DNA from: the human T2T-CHM13v2.0 reference genome, Homo sapiens | Length of the DNA: 64,000 nucleotides | Direction: 5' to 3' (one strand) | Assembly (NCBI RefSeq): GCF_009914755.1 | Contig: NC_060929.1 | Part shown: one piece after another, positions 53,222 through 64,000 of the stretch | Layout of the letters: the number at the start of each line of letters is the position of its first letter | Position numbering within the stretch: the stretch's first letter is position 1 | Program-made: the position numbers and the translations under genes | The notes under the pieces: model-generated | What the model was told of the DNA's origin: nothing | The model's input: only the letters and a program-made list of their open reading frames with translations | The model's database searches: none

Positions 53222-53878
53222 AAAGATGAATTTTAAAGAGAAATGCTAATGTCAACAGAGAGTTACAGATAGACTGTCAGGATGATTTTGATGAGCACAA
53301 GTTAAGTTTGTCAGGATTGTCACATGTTTTTGAGTTATAATGAAAATTTAATGAATAAATCAGCATTTGACTTAAATCTTTAAAGCATGTGAATGATTTA
53401 GACAGGAGAGGTGTGGATGAGGAGAAGACTAAACAAAGCCACAAGGATCCTTGACTATCATCTGAGGTTGGCTCCTCCCAAGGCTGAGTGAGAGACAATG
53501 GCCTGGGTGGTGCTTCCAGGATGCACTGGGAGGAGGAGTGAGGAGAAGGACCCAACTCCACCAGGGCTTCTGGGAGACTGGGAAGTACAGGTTCCAGAAG
53601 AATCTGGGGGTTTATCCCCCAACTCTCTTTTATTTTTGGAGAGAGCTGCTCCTACAAATGTTAATTCCGTGGTAATTTCAGCCTGCCCTAGGACCTGCAG
53701 AGAAAACCCTCAGGCAGGGAATGTCCAAGGTTAGAACAAGCTTCATTTACAAGACCTCTGAGTGAAGAGGTTTAATGAGTAGAAAGTCGATAGTGTTTGC
53801 TGTTATTGTAAGCAATCTTCCAAAAGCATTGGAAGATTGCTATTATTGCAGTTTTCCAATGTTTTTAGAATATTTAAA

Positions 53879-54173
53879 TTTTGTTTGTTTTTGTTTTTGT
53901 TTTTTGAGATGGAATCTTGCTCTGTTGCCCAGGCTGTAGTGCAGTGACACAACCTTGGCTCACTGCAACCTCCACCTCCCAGGTTCAAGTGATTCTACTG
54001 CCTTAGCCTCCCAAGTAGCTGAGACCACCATGCCCAGCTAATTTTTTGTATTTTTAGTAGAGATGGGGTTTCACCATGTTAGCCAGGATGGTTTTGATTT
54101 CCTGACCTTTTGACCTGCCTGCCTTGGCCTCCCAAAATGCTGGGATTACAGGCGTGAGCCACTGTGTCCAGCC
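53879..54173 (-). mobile_element. Alu SINE (AluSc/Sg-like)
   Basis: (TTTTG)n tail, antisense Alu with a small internal deletion after GTAGCTGAGAC, and TTAGCCAGGATGG. Degenerate TSD AGAATATTTAAATTTT / AAAAGATTTAATTTTT. Confidence 0.94.
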
Positions 54174-54454
54174 AAAAGATTTAATTTTTAAAGGAATATA
54201 GGAATTTTCTTATATTCCTATATCCTTACTTTTAAAAAGCAAAAGGCATTGATTGTTGTTGTTGTTAATTGAAGAAAGACACACATTCTAGGGATGTTCA
54301 CTCTTAATTCTTTATGGATAACCTAAAGCTCAGGTTCCACATGATCAATGTTATTTCCCAGAAATGTAACTGTATAAAAAAATTCAACAAAATTCATAAG
54401 AAGTTTACAGAATTCAAACTCTTTACATGATAGAATATAAAATATATTTAAAAA

Positions 54455-54655
54455 TACTAAGCATGCAAAAGCTTAGGGAAATTGACCAATAAGAAGAAGA
54501 AAAACATTCAATAGCACACACACAGAAGATATAGATGTGGGATTTAGCAAGCATAGATACTAAAAGAGCCATAGTTATGTTGAGGCATTCATGGAAAAGC
54601 TGCACAGAATGGGTGAGCAGAGGGGGAATCCCAGCAGTGGCATGTTAACTATCCT
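54455..54655 (+). mobile_element. old L1M ORF1-region fragment
   Basis: AGATGTGGGATTTAGCAAGCATAGATACTAAAAGAGCCATAGTTATGTT...AATGGGTGAGCAGAGGGGGAATCCCAGCAG resembles L1M 5'/ORF1 consensus sequence. Confidence 0.6.
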
Positions 54656-54711
54656 GTCAAGGAAGGGAATGCTTTATGGGGACCTAAAAGTCAACACTGT
54701 CCAACCCAGAA

Positions 54712-54930
54712 TTAATCATTCATTCACCCAACACACATTTTCCCAGGGGCTAGTCTCTGCTAGCCAATCTTCTAGGCTATGGAGACCCAGGAACCCTGAA
54801 TAGTTCACATTCAGGTAATATCTAATTAAATAGAAAATATGTCAGTCAATAATTTCATATGCTGTAGGAAAAATAAATAAATAAGTAATAAAGATAGAGA
54901 TTTGCGAGGGATGCTATTTCAGATAGCAAT
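54712..54930 (-). mobile_element. L2 LINE 3' fragment
   Basis: TCATTCATTCACCCAACA (antisense L2 tail) ... ATGCTGTAGGAAAAATAAA ... GGGATGCTATTTCAGATAG. Confidence 0.6.
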
Positions 54931-56834
54931 TTCTTGGAGGCAGAAAAAGCTCTTTCACCACTGAGGACCAGCAGACAGGTATGGAAGACCATTGAGTGAA
55001 TGGTGGGAGATTAAGCCAAGCAAGAGTTGGGGACAGAAGGTCATTTTTGTTCACTCGTACCTCTGAGAAGGATGCTTCTGCATTGCCAAGGTAATGTCTT
55101 CACTTATACCTAGAACTGACTGAAAATGCACAGAACGGGTGAGGAGTTGTGATTCCTCCATTCACTCTTGTGTCTACAGCACCAGATCCCTGGGAGGGGG
55201 TCTACTCTCTCAACTTCTCTGGGACAGGTGTATATATTATAAGTTACAGGTAGATTCTTGGATCCAATATAAACGCAAGGAGGATGCAGGGGTTGGGGTT
55301 TGGGGGAGGAAATCTCCTGTCCTCACTTCTCCATCCAAGCCAGGAAACCTTAGGGATCAAGCAAGCAGTGAGTGGGGCATATTTCTCTTCAATGTCAGTT
55401 AAAGTGAAAATAGACAATGATAAACGTAAAAAAAAGTCTTACTGGGACCCAGGACAAGGAGAATCGATTTTTTTTTTAAATCAAAGTACAGGTTTATTAG
55501 TTTACACAAAAAAAATGGTCAAAGTCATTAACTTTTGAGTTATTTTTGAAAATTTTCATACAAAACAGATGTAGTTCTTTGGAGGAAAATTCATGCTTCT
55601 GGTAAAAATGAAGCATGTTTAATTTCAAACATTCTGGGGTAAAGTTGCCTAAGTTAAGAATGACTGCATCTTTTGTATTTTCAGGAGACCTTGCTTTTTA
55701 TCTCAGTTTCCTCCTGTTAACTCCTCTCCCTTGGGTGCCCACTCACCAACACACAATCCCATGCTGCCTCCAGGTACTAAAACCACCCACGTTCAACCAA
55801 CACAGGCAGCTGAAAGTTTGCAAGAGATAAGAGGAGGAGCAAGCGAAATGAGCATCCCCTCCAAGAAAAGCACACTCTGAAAGTGAAAGAGAAAAGTGAA
55901 TGGAACTCACGGCTTTCAGTTAATTACCCTCTCCTTTCCTCATCCATTTCCCTCACCAGTTATACCAATTTTGAGAACAAATATCTGAATCTGACAGCAA
56001 GGTATAGTCAATGTTTTCTCAGAGCCAAAAATAATTGGTTCAGGGAAAGGAAGGTGGGACGTTATTCAGAACAAGTAAAGGGCGTGGTTTCCGCTTAATT
56101 CCAACCTCCGCACCATCTTGCACAGATTCTCTGGGAGACACATTAAGGTTAGACTTTCCAGACATCATCCTCAGAGAACAAAGCAGGAGACACACTTGTG
56201 GCATAGAAAATAAAAAGTGTCTGTCACAAAGATTATGCAAGAGTTATTTCATAAAGTGGAATATACAGAAATACATACTTGTAGTTATCTCACAAATCTG
56301 TATCTTGGCTCTCGGTGATCCTACTGAAGCACAGTTATGATTTGTTCATGTTTATTTTGTGCTTTCTTCAGGCCAGAGTCTGTATCACATTATGGAGAGC
56401 TCTGCAAATGGTACTAAAAATTCTCAACAAGCTGGCCATTTTGTTTGTAGAAAGAGGAGAGTCTCCCAACAGAAGTCCATTCTCTGGAGAAGGTTGGTCG
56501 TCTTGGTTCTGATGAGGCCACTGTGCTAAAAGAAGCATTTCAGTTACACTGGATAGATTATAACATTTTTAATTTGCTCTTGGGGAAGTTTATTCTCAAA
56601 GTTCAGTCTCAGAGGCATCCTATCCTTGCAAAAGTTCCATGTGTTCTAAATCCTCAACTGTTCCTTGGCACTGTAAGAACTTTTTAGATGCCCTCTTCTA
56701 GAGGCAAGCTGCCATGGCAAGTTGTAGATTATATGTGAATATTAGACAAGTTAAAAGTGAAAAAAGATAAAGCAAATAGAAATCTCAACTGATTATTCGA
56801 AAATTTAATTAGTTATCTCCTCTGCCTCTCTCTC

Positions 56835-56945
56835 CAGCTGTGTGACAGGACAATTCCTTTAACCTCTCCCAGTCTATTGCTACTTGATGAAAGCAAGTGG
56901 TCTGTGATTCTAAATCCCCCAGAGTATTCTCGGCCATAAAATTGG
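56835..56945 (+). mobile_element. MIR fragment
   Basis: CAGCTGTGTGACAGGACAATTCCTTTAACCTCTC resembles MIR AGCTGTGTGACCTTGGGCAAGTTACTTAACCTCTC. Confidence 0.5.
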
Positions 56946-57894
56946 AACTTAGAACTCCATGTGCACAGGGTTCTTGCTAACACCAACCTCTGATGGCTTT
57001 CTATTTTCTCAAACTGTAGAGAAATTTCCCATAACTCTCAACTGTCTTACAGCTGTTTAACACTAGACAAGCCCTCTGGTCATTTTTCCTTTGTCATCAC
57101 TCAAGACTACCCAATGAAAGCAGAGCCTCACCTCTGGATGCCCAAGGAGATAGTTGCAACCCTGAACAAGGACACATGCCTTCTGGTGTTTACCAGAGAT
57201 CTTGTGTGTAGATTCTGCCTCTCTGGTCCTTGAAGTGTTGTAAAATATAACCTAGGATCTGTCTTTTCTGTTTTGTCCCAATCTTGTATCTATGAAAGTA
57301 AAGCCTGTGACCTTTACAGAACCCTAGAGAAATGGAAAAGTGAAATGGCATCCCTTCCATGGTCCAGATCATACATTTGTCCCTCTTTATAGGGATAAAC
57401 TTATACTTTACATATTTCTAAAATTACAACATTCTCTGGATTTTTATTCTATGCAGAGATTTTATAGCTTTCAAACATTACCTTTTCTACTCTACATATT
57501 CATTGTTGTATAAATTCTAATTTCTCAGGACTTGCTTGAATCTTTTCTGATGTATTTCCTGAACCATCAAGAGCTTATGGTCAAACATTGCAAAATGAAA
57601 ACAGATTATTATAGGTTTTCGAAGTGACAAGTTATTTTTAGAGATATGATTCATTTCATACATCTAAATGAATATGACAAAGAAAACAACATGGACCAGG
57701 AAATAAAAACAGAAAACCTAGTGCATAACAGGTAATGCTAATGGAAGTTTGGCAAGCATGTGGACAGACAGTTGAACAGAGTAGATGCAATCGAATTGAT
57801 CATGTCTTTACCACCTAATTATTTTAGCCTATTTATGATATGAAATATAGTACTCATGATTTAAAGTAAAATGACATATTATGCATGTTAAATT

Positions 57895-58500
57895 TTGTGT
57901 ATAGCACTGACATAGTCAGTGTGTCAGCAATTATTGGCCCTACAGACCCTTGTGGGAATAAAATGTAGGTGCACTTGCTACATCTTCGCTATTTGTGACT
58001 TTTCAAATCATTACACATTCATAACAGAAATTGCCCAAGTTCAGTAAATTGAGTATCATTTCCCTTCTCTCCTCACATGAGCTGAACCGGTTTTATCTCT
58101 TTGGGGGAAAGCAGTTCCATTTACATTTGCCGTCTCAAATGTATAAAAGCTTCATGTCAAGAAATCCATTTGCTCTTTAATAAAAGTTATCATAACGTCT
58201 GGAACGCTTGATTTATGGAGAGGCTGCCGTCACCTCGATGGCTTGACGCTTTTCTTTTGCCGCTGGAAACCCAAGACAGGTCATGACATTTACACTAGGT
58301 CAGAATAATAATGTCACTCCAATCACCTTCCTTGACAACAGCCCATTTGTCTCATTTAAATAATGAGCATGATTGGTGGAAATTGCAGGCTGTAACCCTA
58401 ACACACTGAGGAAATGACAAACACAACTGCAGTGAGGAGTAAGCCAACCACTGATGGGGATCACGGCCTGCTTGCTGCAAATACTGGTCTTATAGTTACT
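57895..58500. promoter_or_regulatory. candidate conserved enhancer (PBX-HOX, MEIS, nuclear-receptor motifs)
   Basis: TGATTTATGG 58209-58218, TAATAAAA 58178-58185, AGGTCATGACAT 58278-58289, TAGGTCA 58296-58302, CACTGAC-ATA-GTCAGTG 57905-57921. Confidence 0.45.
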
Positions 58501-59859
58501 TATTTAACCTTCACAAAGCAGATTTGATAACAGTCCAGATGGTTATGAGACAGAAAAACGAAAATGTTTTGCTAAACGTGTTCTGATAAGGGGCTGTGCT
58601 CCTCCATGGTGGTGCCCTTCTGATTGGGTGCTGCCCAATCAGACACAGCCCACCAAATGTCACCCCCATGAGGCACACAGAGGAACCACAGATTACCCCG
58701 AGGTCACCTTCATTTTGCAACTGGCAAAACTGCAGAAGAAACCAAACCACACTGCTCTGAGCAGAGGGCATCCCATCACCCTGACAAAAGCTTTCTGTAA
58801 AGGGTGCCACGGAGGTTGTCCCTGGGCCAGACATTGGGCAGGGCCTAGCTCCAGCGAGAAGCTGTTGAAGAGGCTCCCTGTGTGCCTTGGGATGGAGGGT
58901 GTGGGCAGAGGATGGCGCTGGTGAGAGGGAGAGAGGAGAATTCATGTAGGAGGAATGAAATGGGAACTCCTTTTTGGGTTAAAGGTATTGAGATACAAAA
59001 CAGAAAACTTACCTTCAGTGGGCTTGGAAACAAAATAAAAGTTCTCCTGCAACTTTTTTTCTGGAGGGTGCAGTCAAAATGAGCATTGTTTTTGCAAAGG
59101 ACCTGGGGGCATTGAGACTTAATAAGACAGACTGAGTAAGATGAATTCACTAAGTTCATTGAATTGATTTTTGTTTTTATGATTTTAGAATGGCTCACCT
59201 ATCATCTATGAGCCAAGTGGCTCATCCTAACCATCAGAACCCCAGGTCTGCAGAGCTCATGCAGCAATGTGTGAGTCCAACTCAAGACTTCTCAGTCCTG
59301 GGATTAAGCAGGTGTTTTGTCCCTCTGATCCCCAACCTCCCTTTTGTGAAATGGACCCATTCAGGTTGGCAGGACAGAGCATCTGAGACAATCAAATCAT
59401 CTTATGCGAGACTCCAGACAGAAGGGTTCGCAATTTTGGTTTTCTCTTCTCTCTTTTCTCTCTTTTTTTTTTTTTTTTTTTCTGTCTTGCTCTCTATTTG
59501 CATTGACAATTGGCATCTGCTCTGGAAATCTCTTCAAGTTCACTTTGTACAACTAGGCACAGCTTGGCTGACTTGGCAACTTTCTTAACATCTTGATAAC
59601 GTTGACATCAACCATCTCTCTCTTCCTTTGAAACTGTGAAACTATCATGGCTTTGACAGTGTAAGTCACACCTTAGGCGACTCTCTGAACATCTCGGGGC
59701 CTTTTTTAATAATTTTAAAAACTCCAGAAACATTTGCTTATTGTGAATTGTTTTAAGGATTAAATCAAAGAATGGGCATTGGAGCAGACTGGGAGCAGGC
59801 ACAGAGGCTGCTCAGTGGGTGGGTTAGATTCCTTCTCCTTCCTGGACTGCTCCCTTCTC

Positions 59860-60720
59860 CTCTGTTCTCTTCTCAGACAACCCAGTTTCTAGAGGTTTTG
59901 CTGATTCATGTTCACTCATCACAGGTATGTCCTTAATCTCTTTCTCCTCTGTGTACTGATTCTTCTTATAGACTTCATCTCTTTTCGGGTGTCCATTAGG
60001 AACTTGAGAAGTTCATCTGCAACTTGGAATATGTTTTCCTTGGTTTGACCATTCATTTCCTCCTGGCAGCTGCATGGATTTCTCAGATATTCTACTTATA
60101 GATACAGTTCAAAATATGTTAGACCATCTATATGCCACTATTTACAGACAGAAATTCCATCTCTGGAGTTTCCAATTTTGCTGATAGAATAAGCATCCTC
60201 TCAGCCATCTGGTCACCACCCACAGTAAAGTTTCTTTTTGCCCAAGTTCTCCTTCCCGGGGTCAGTTGTTCACTATGCCCACTCTATTAGCAGCCACAGT
60301 GGGCATGTGCTGGGGTCTGGCCTAACCTCAGAACATTTGAATCACAGCCTAAAGGCCTTTCTGGGGCCTCGTTCTTACCTCATGCCCACTGCCTCTGGAG
60401 TTAATGTCTGTTCTTGAACATGAGTACTATTTGGCCCAAAGCATTTCATAGATAGCCCCTCTCTTGGTGCTTGAGCTCAGAACCTTCACCTGCTTTTAAA
60501 CCTTCTGGAATTGAACTCCGGTTGTACCCTTGCCTCATCTGCCATCCCTAGGTGAAATGCTTTAAACCTAAAGCGTTGGCCTCATTCAATTTTCTACAGT
60601 AATTTTTTTCATATGGTCTTTTGCCCCCATACTGGGGTCTTGGACATAGCTTTGAATCCTTTTTTGTGCTTAATAGGAGCCTAATATGTACCAACAGAAG
60701 GGAAGGAAGGAAGAGAGGAA
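59860..60720 (+). mobile_element. possible degraded L2 LINE
   Basis: Pyrimidine-rich sequence resembling sense L2, ending GCTTAATAGGAGCCTAATATGTACC followed by a (GGAA)-like tail. Confidence 0.4.
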
Positions 60721-60922
60721 GGGCAGAGGGAGGAAGAAAAAAATGAACCAAGTAATGCCATCTGCAGGAGTATTACCTGTGACGCAGGGTAGGGTCAGCA
60801 CTGCTCACATCCTCAGCCCCTCAGCAGACCAATGGCAAAAACTGGACTCATTTGTGATGTCATCATTTGCCTACATGGGCATGGCAATGAGAAAATTATA
60901 CGTGTATTTTAAAACTGAAATG

Positions 60923-61224
<302 letters not shown>

Positions 61225-61578
61225 TGAAGTCGCTGAGAATCTAGAAGTGTACAGGGGCTGATAGAACCCCTTTGCCCATTAGAGACTAGAAAGAATTTGA
61301 AGCTGCTTATACCTGCCAAGGAAAACTAAGCTTAAGTGACTGAAGAGAAAGAGAAAGATTAAAACAGAAAATAGAAAGGCACTTGTATCTTAAATAAAAG
61401 TGTTGCCATGCCTGCCTGGCATGAAAAGAAGAATCATTGCCACTAGAAATCTGAAAAAATTTTGGCATGGAGATTTCCAAGTCTCTATATGAGCGCCCTC
61501 GTCCACAGCAGCCAGTGCCATGGCAGGCAGTTCACACAACAGGAAAGCTATGTCATCATAAGGCCAGCCATTGGGTGT

Positions 61579-61690
61579 GGGTGTTTGCTTCCTGTAACTG
61601 GGTGTTTGCTTCCTGTAACTGGTTGTTTGCTTCCTGTAACTGGTTGTTTGCTTCCTGTAACTGGGTGTTTGCTTCCTGTAACTGGTTGTT
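61579..61690. repeat. 21-bp minisatellite, 5.3 copies
   Basis: Unit GG(G/T)TGTTTGCTTCCTGTAACT at 61579, 61600, 61621, 61642 and 61663, plus partial GGTTGTT. Only one variable position. Confidence 0.97.
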
Positions 61691-62514
61691 GGCAAGCCCT
61701 TGATTTAGTGTTTATATCCCAGCTTCTTCTTCTAAGTAGTGACCTTTGACAGGAGTGTAAAATAATCCTACCTGCTTAGTGATTTCTGACTGATTCACTG
61801 TTAAATCATCCGGTCTCATTGAATGATTATAATATCCATGGGACTGAAGAGGATCCATTATATTCTTTATACACCTTATTTTGTGAATCTTGTGGAATTT
61901 GTGAACTGAGGTCACTCTGCCCCCTAACAGTAGACTTTAAAACAGAAAAATAACCGTGTTATAAGACATAATTAATTAGTATGTGGTTACCCAAATAAAG
62001 TCTGCATCTACTTGCAAAATAACAGCAAGCTGACCCAGCTTCCATGATGCATGATGATGCTGGCAACATGGCACAGATTTAAACGTGGGCCATGGGGGTG
62101 TTGCCTTGCTTAGGTGAGCAGCTTAGTTTGTCAAAATCTCAATGGACTCAACTAGATAATGACATGTTTTAAGGATTAAGACTAATAAAATAATATAATA
62201 CACACAAAGCCTCCAGACATTACCTAAGATACACAGTGATGACCACTCAATGGCAGCTATTATTATTAGACATTGAGTACTACTCTTGTCCCTGACACAC
62301 ATAAGGAACAGTGGTGAAATCCAAAGCCATTAAATAATGCAAAGCAATTAAGGTGGCCAGCCAATGAAATGTGCTGACATCTGTAAAAATTGCATCCCAC
62401 AGCCTTACTGGACACACATGCAAGATTCTTGAGGACATGGCTGACACTGTCTCCACAGTGCTGATGAGACTTGCTCCACAGTTCCAAAGGGCTGATGAGA
62501 CTTGCATGCCAGCA

Positions 62515-64000
62515 GAAGGGGTGGAGCAAGATGGCAGAAAAGAAGACCCTACCAATCATTCTCCCACTCCAGGAATACCAAATGCAACAACTATACACAC
62601 ACAAAAAAAGCACCTTTATAAGAACCAAAAATCAGGTGAGCACTCACAATACCTGCTGTTAAGTTCATATCGCTGATAGAGGCACTGATGATGGTAGAAA
62701 AGACAGTGTTTACTTGCCCATGCCACCCCTTCCCTGTCCCTCAGCAGTAGTCCTGTGGCACAGAGAGAGACAGTCTGTGTGTTTGGGAAAGGGAGAGCAC
62801 AGGGAATGTGAGAGTTTTCATTGAACTCAGTGCTGTGTTGTCACAGTGTGAAGCAAAACTGTGTTGAATTCAGCTGACACCCACCCATGGAGAGAACATT
62901 CTGGCCAGCCCTACCCAGAGGGAAATCACTCATCCCAGTGGTGGGAACTTGAGTCCAGCAAGCTTTACCAGTGTGGACTGAAGGGTTCTGGGGCCCTAAA
63001 TAACCTTCAAAGGCAGTCTAAACCACAAGCAATGTAAGACCTAGCGCTGAGCTGGGCTCAGAGCCGGTGGACTTGTAGGCATAAAACTTACTGAGACACC
63101 AGCTGGGTCAGCTAAGAGAGTGCTTTTGCCACCGTTCCTTCAACTTCAGGCAACATAGCTCATGGTTCCAAAAGACTCCTTCCTTCCACTTGGGGAGAGG
63201 AAATGGAAGAGTAAAGAGGACTTTGTCTTGCCTCTTGGGTACCAGCTCAGCCACAATAGTATAAGGCACCAATCGGAGTTGGGAGGCCCCCATTCCAGGC
63301 CCTAGCTCCTGGGTGACATTTCTAGACACACCCTGGGCCAGAAGGGAACCTGCTCCTTTGAAGAGAAGGAACTTGTCCTGGCATAATTTATTACTTTGCT
63401 AACTAAAGAGACATTGGGCCCTGAATAACCAGCAGTGGTAACCAGGTACTACATGCTCTGGTTCTTGCATGAAACTCTGAGACTTCCTGGTTTCAGTGAG
63501 ACCCAGAACATTCCCAGCTGTGGTGGTTACAGTGAAAGACTCCTTCTGCTTGATAAAAGTGGAGCGAAAAGTAAAAGGGATTTTGTCTCGCACCTTAGAG
63601 GCCAGCTTAGCCACAGTGGGGGTAGAGCACCAAGCAGGATCTTGGGGTCTAAAAATCCAGGCCTTAGCTATTGGATGGCATTACTAGACCTACCCTGGGC
63701 GAGAGAGGGGCCCATTGCCCTGAAGGATGAGTTCTAGGCCTGGTGGCATTCAACACAAGCTGACTAAAAAGTCCTTGGGCCTTAAGTAAATGTTGGCAGT
63801 GGCCTGGCAGTATTTTCATGGGCTTGTGGTACTGGTTGCCATGAGGTAAGTCTCCTCTGCCTATGGAAAGAAGAAGAAGGACTACGTCTTGTGATTTGAG
63901 GGTCAGCTCAGCCACAGTAGATTAAAACACTAGATAGATTTCTAAGGTTTTTGACTCCAGCCTCTATCTCCCAGACAGCATCTCTGCACCTGTCCAGGGC
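62515..64000 (+). mobile_element. L1 5' UTR (L1M1/L1MA-type), continuing past the window end
   Basis: Begins GGGGTGGAGCAAGATGGCAGAA (YY1 motif CAAGATGGC 62527-62535), then AGCACCTTTATAAGAACCAAAAATCAGGTGAGCA. Internal subrepeats CAGCT(C/T)AGCCACA at 63243, 63603 and 63904. Confidence 0.85.

Noticed and set aside
49301-54173. Inverted Alu pair as a dsRNA / A-to-I editing substrate
   Set aside because: The Alus are more than 4 kb apart, are diverged, and there is no evidence of transcription across them.
61579-61690. CRISPR-like array (also considered for 22076-22745 and 14106-14175)
   Set aside because: Units are head-to-tail with no unique spacers, there are no cas genes, and the DNA is primate.
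61390-61749. ORFs with SYRKQTP / CLLPVTG heptad repeats
   Set aside because: Translation of the 21-bp VNTR, which is open in several frames; no coding context.

Overview
Mammalian, almost certainly primate/human, genomic DNA: it carries AluS/AluY, FLAM, THE1B, MLT2A, L1PA, Tigger3 and MER58A elements. I see no credible protein-coding exon, RNA gene or CRISPR array. The longer six-frame ORFs mostly come from Alus, L1 or tandem repeats, and the rest have no recognisable domain. The window is a gene-poor intergenic or deep-intronic stretch with 9 dimeric Alus plus one FLAM, about 5 solo LTRs, 2 DNA transposons, several L1/L2/MIR fragments and several micro- and minisatellites. Between them lie repeat-free blocks dense in homeodomain, PBX-MEIS, GATA and FOX motifs that resemble conserved developmental enhancers; this is inference and conservation was not checked. 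The most notable structures are: a 21-bp VNTR packing FOX, ETS and MYB motifs in every unit; an 84-bp CA-rich minisatellite with higher-order structure; a 5'-inverted L1PA with a large internal deletion; a palindromic (TA)n block; and a nested LTR/Alu/MER58A stack. I found no evidence sufficient to claim a new biological system. Repeat subfamily names are from memory of consensus sequences and need RepeatMasker/Dfam confirmation.
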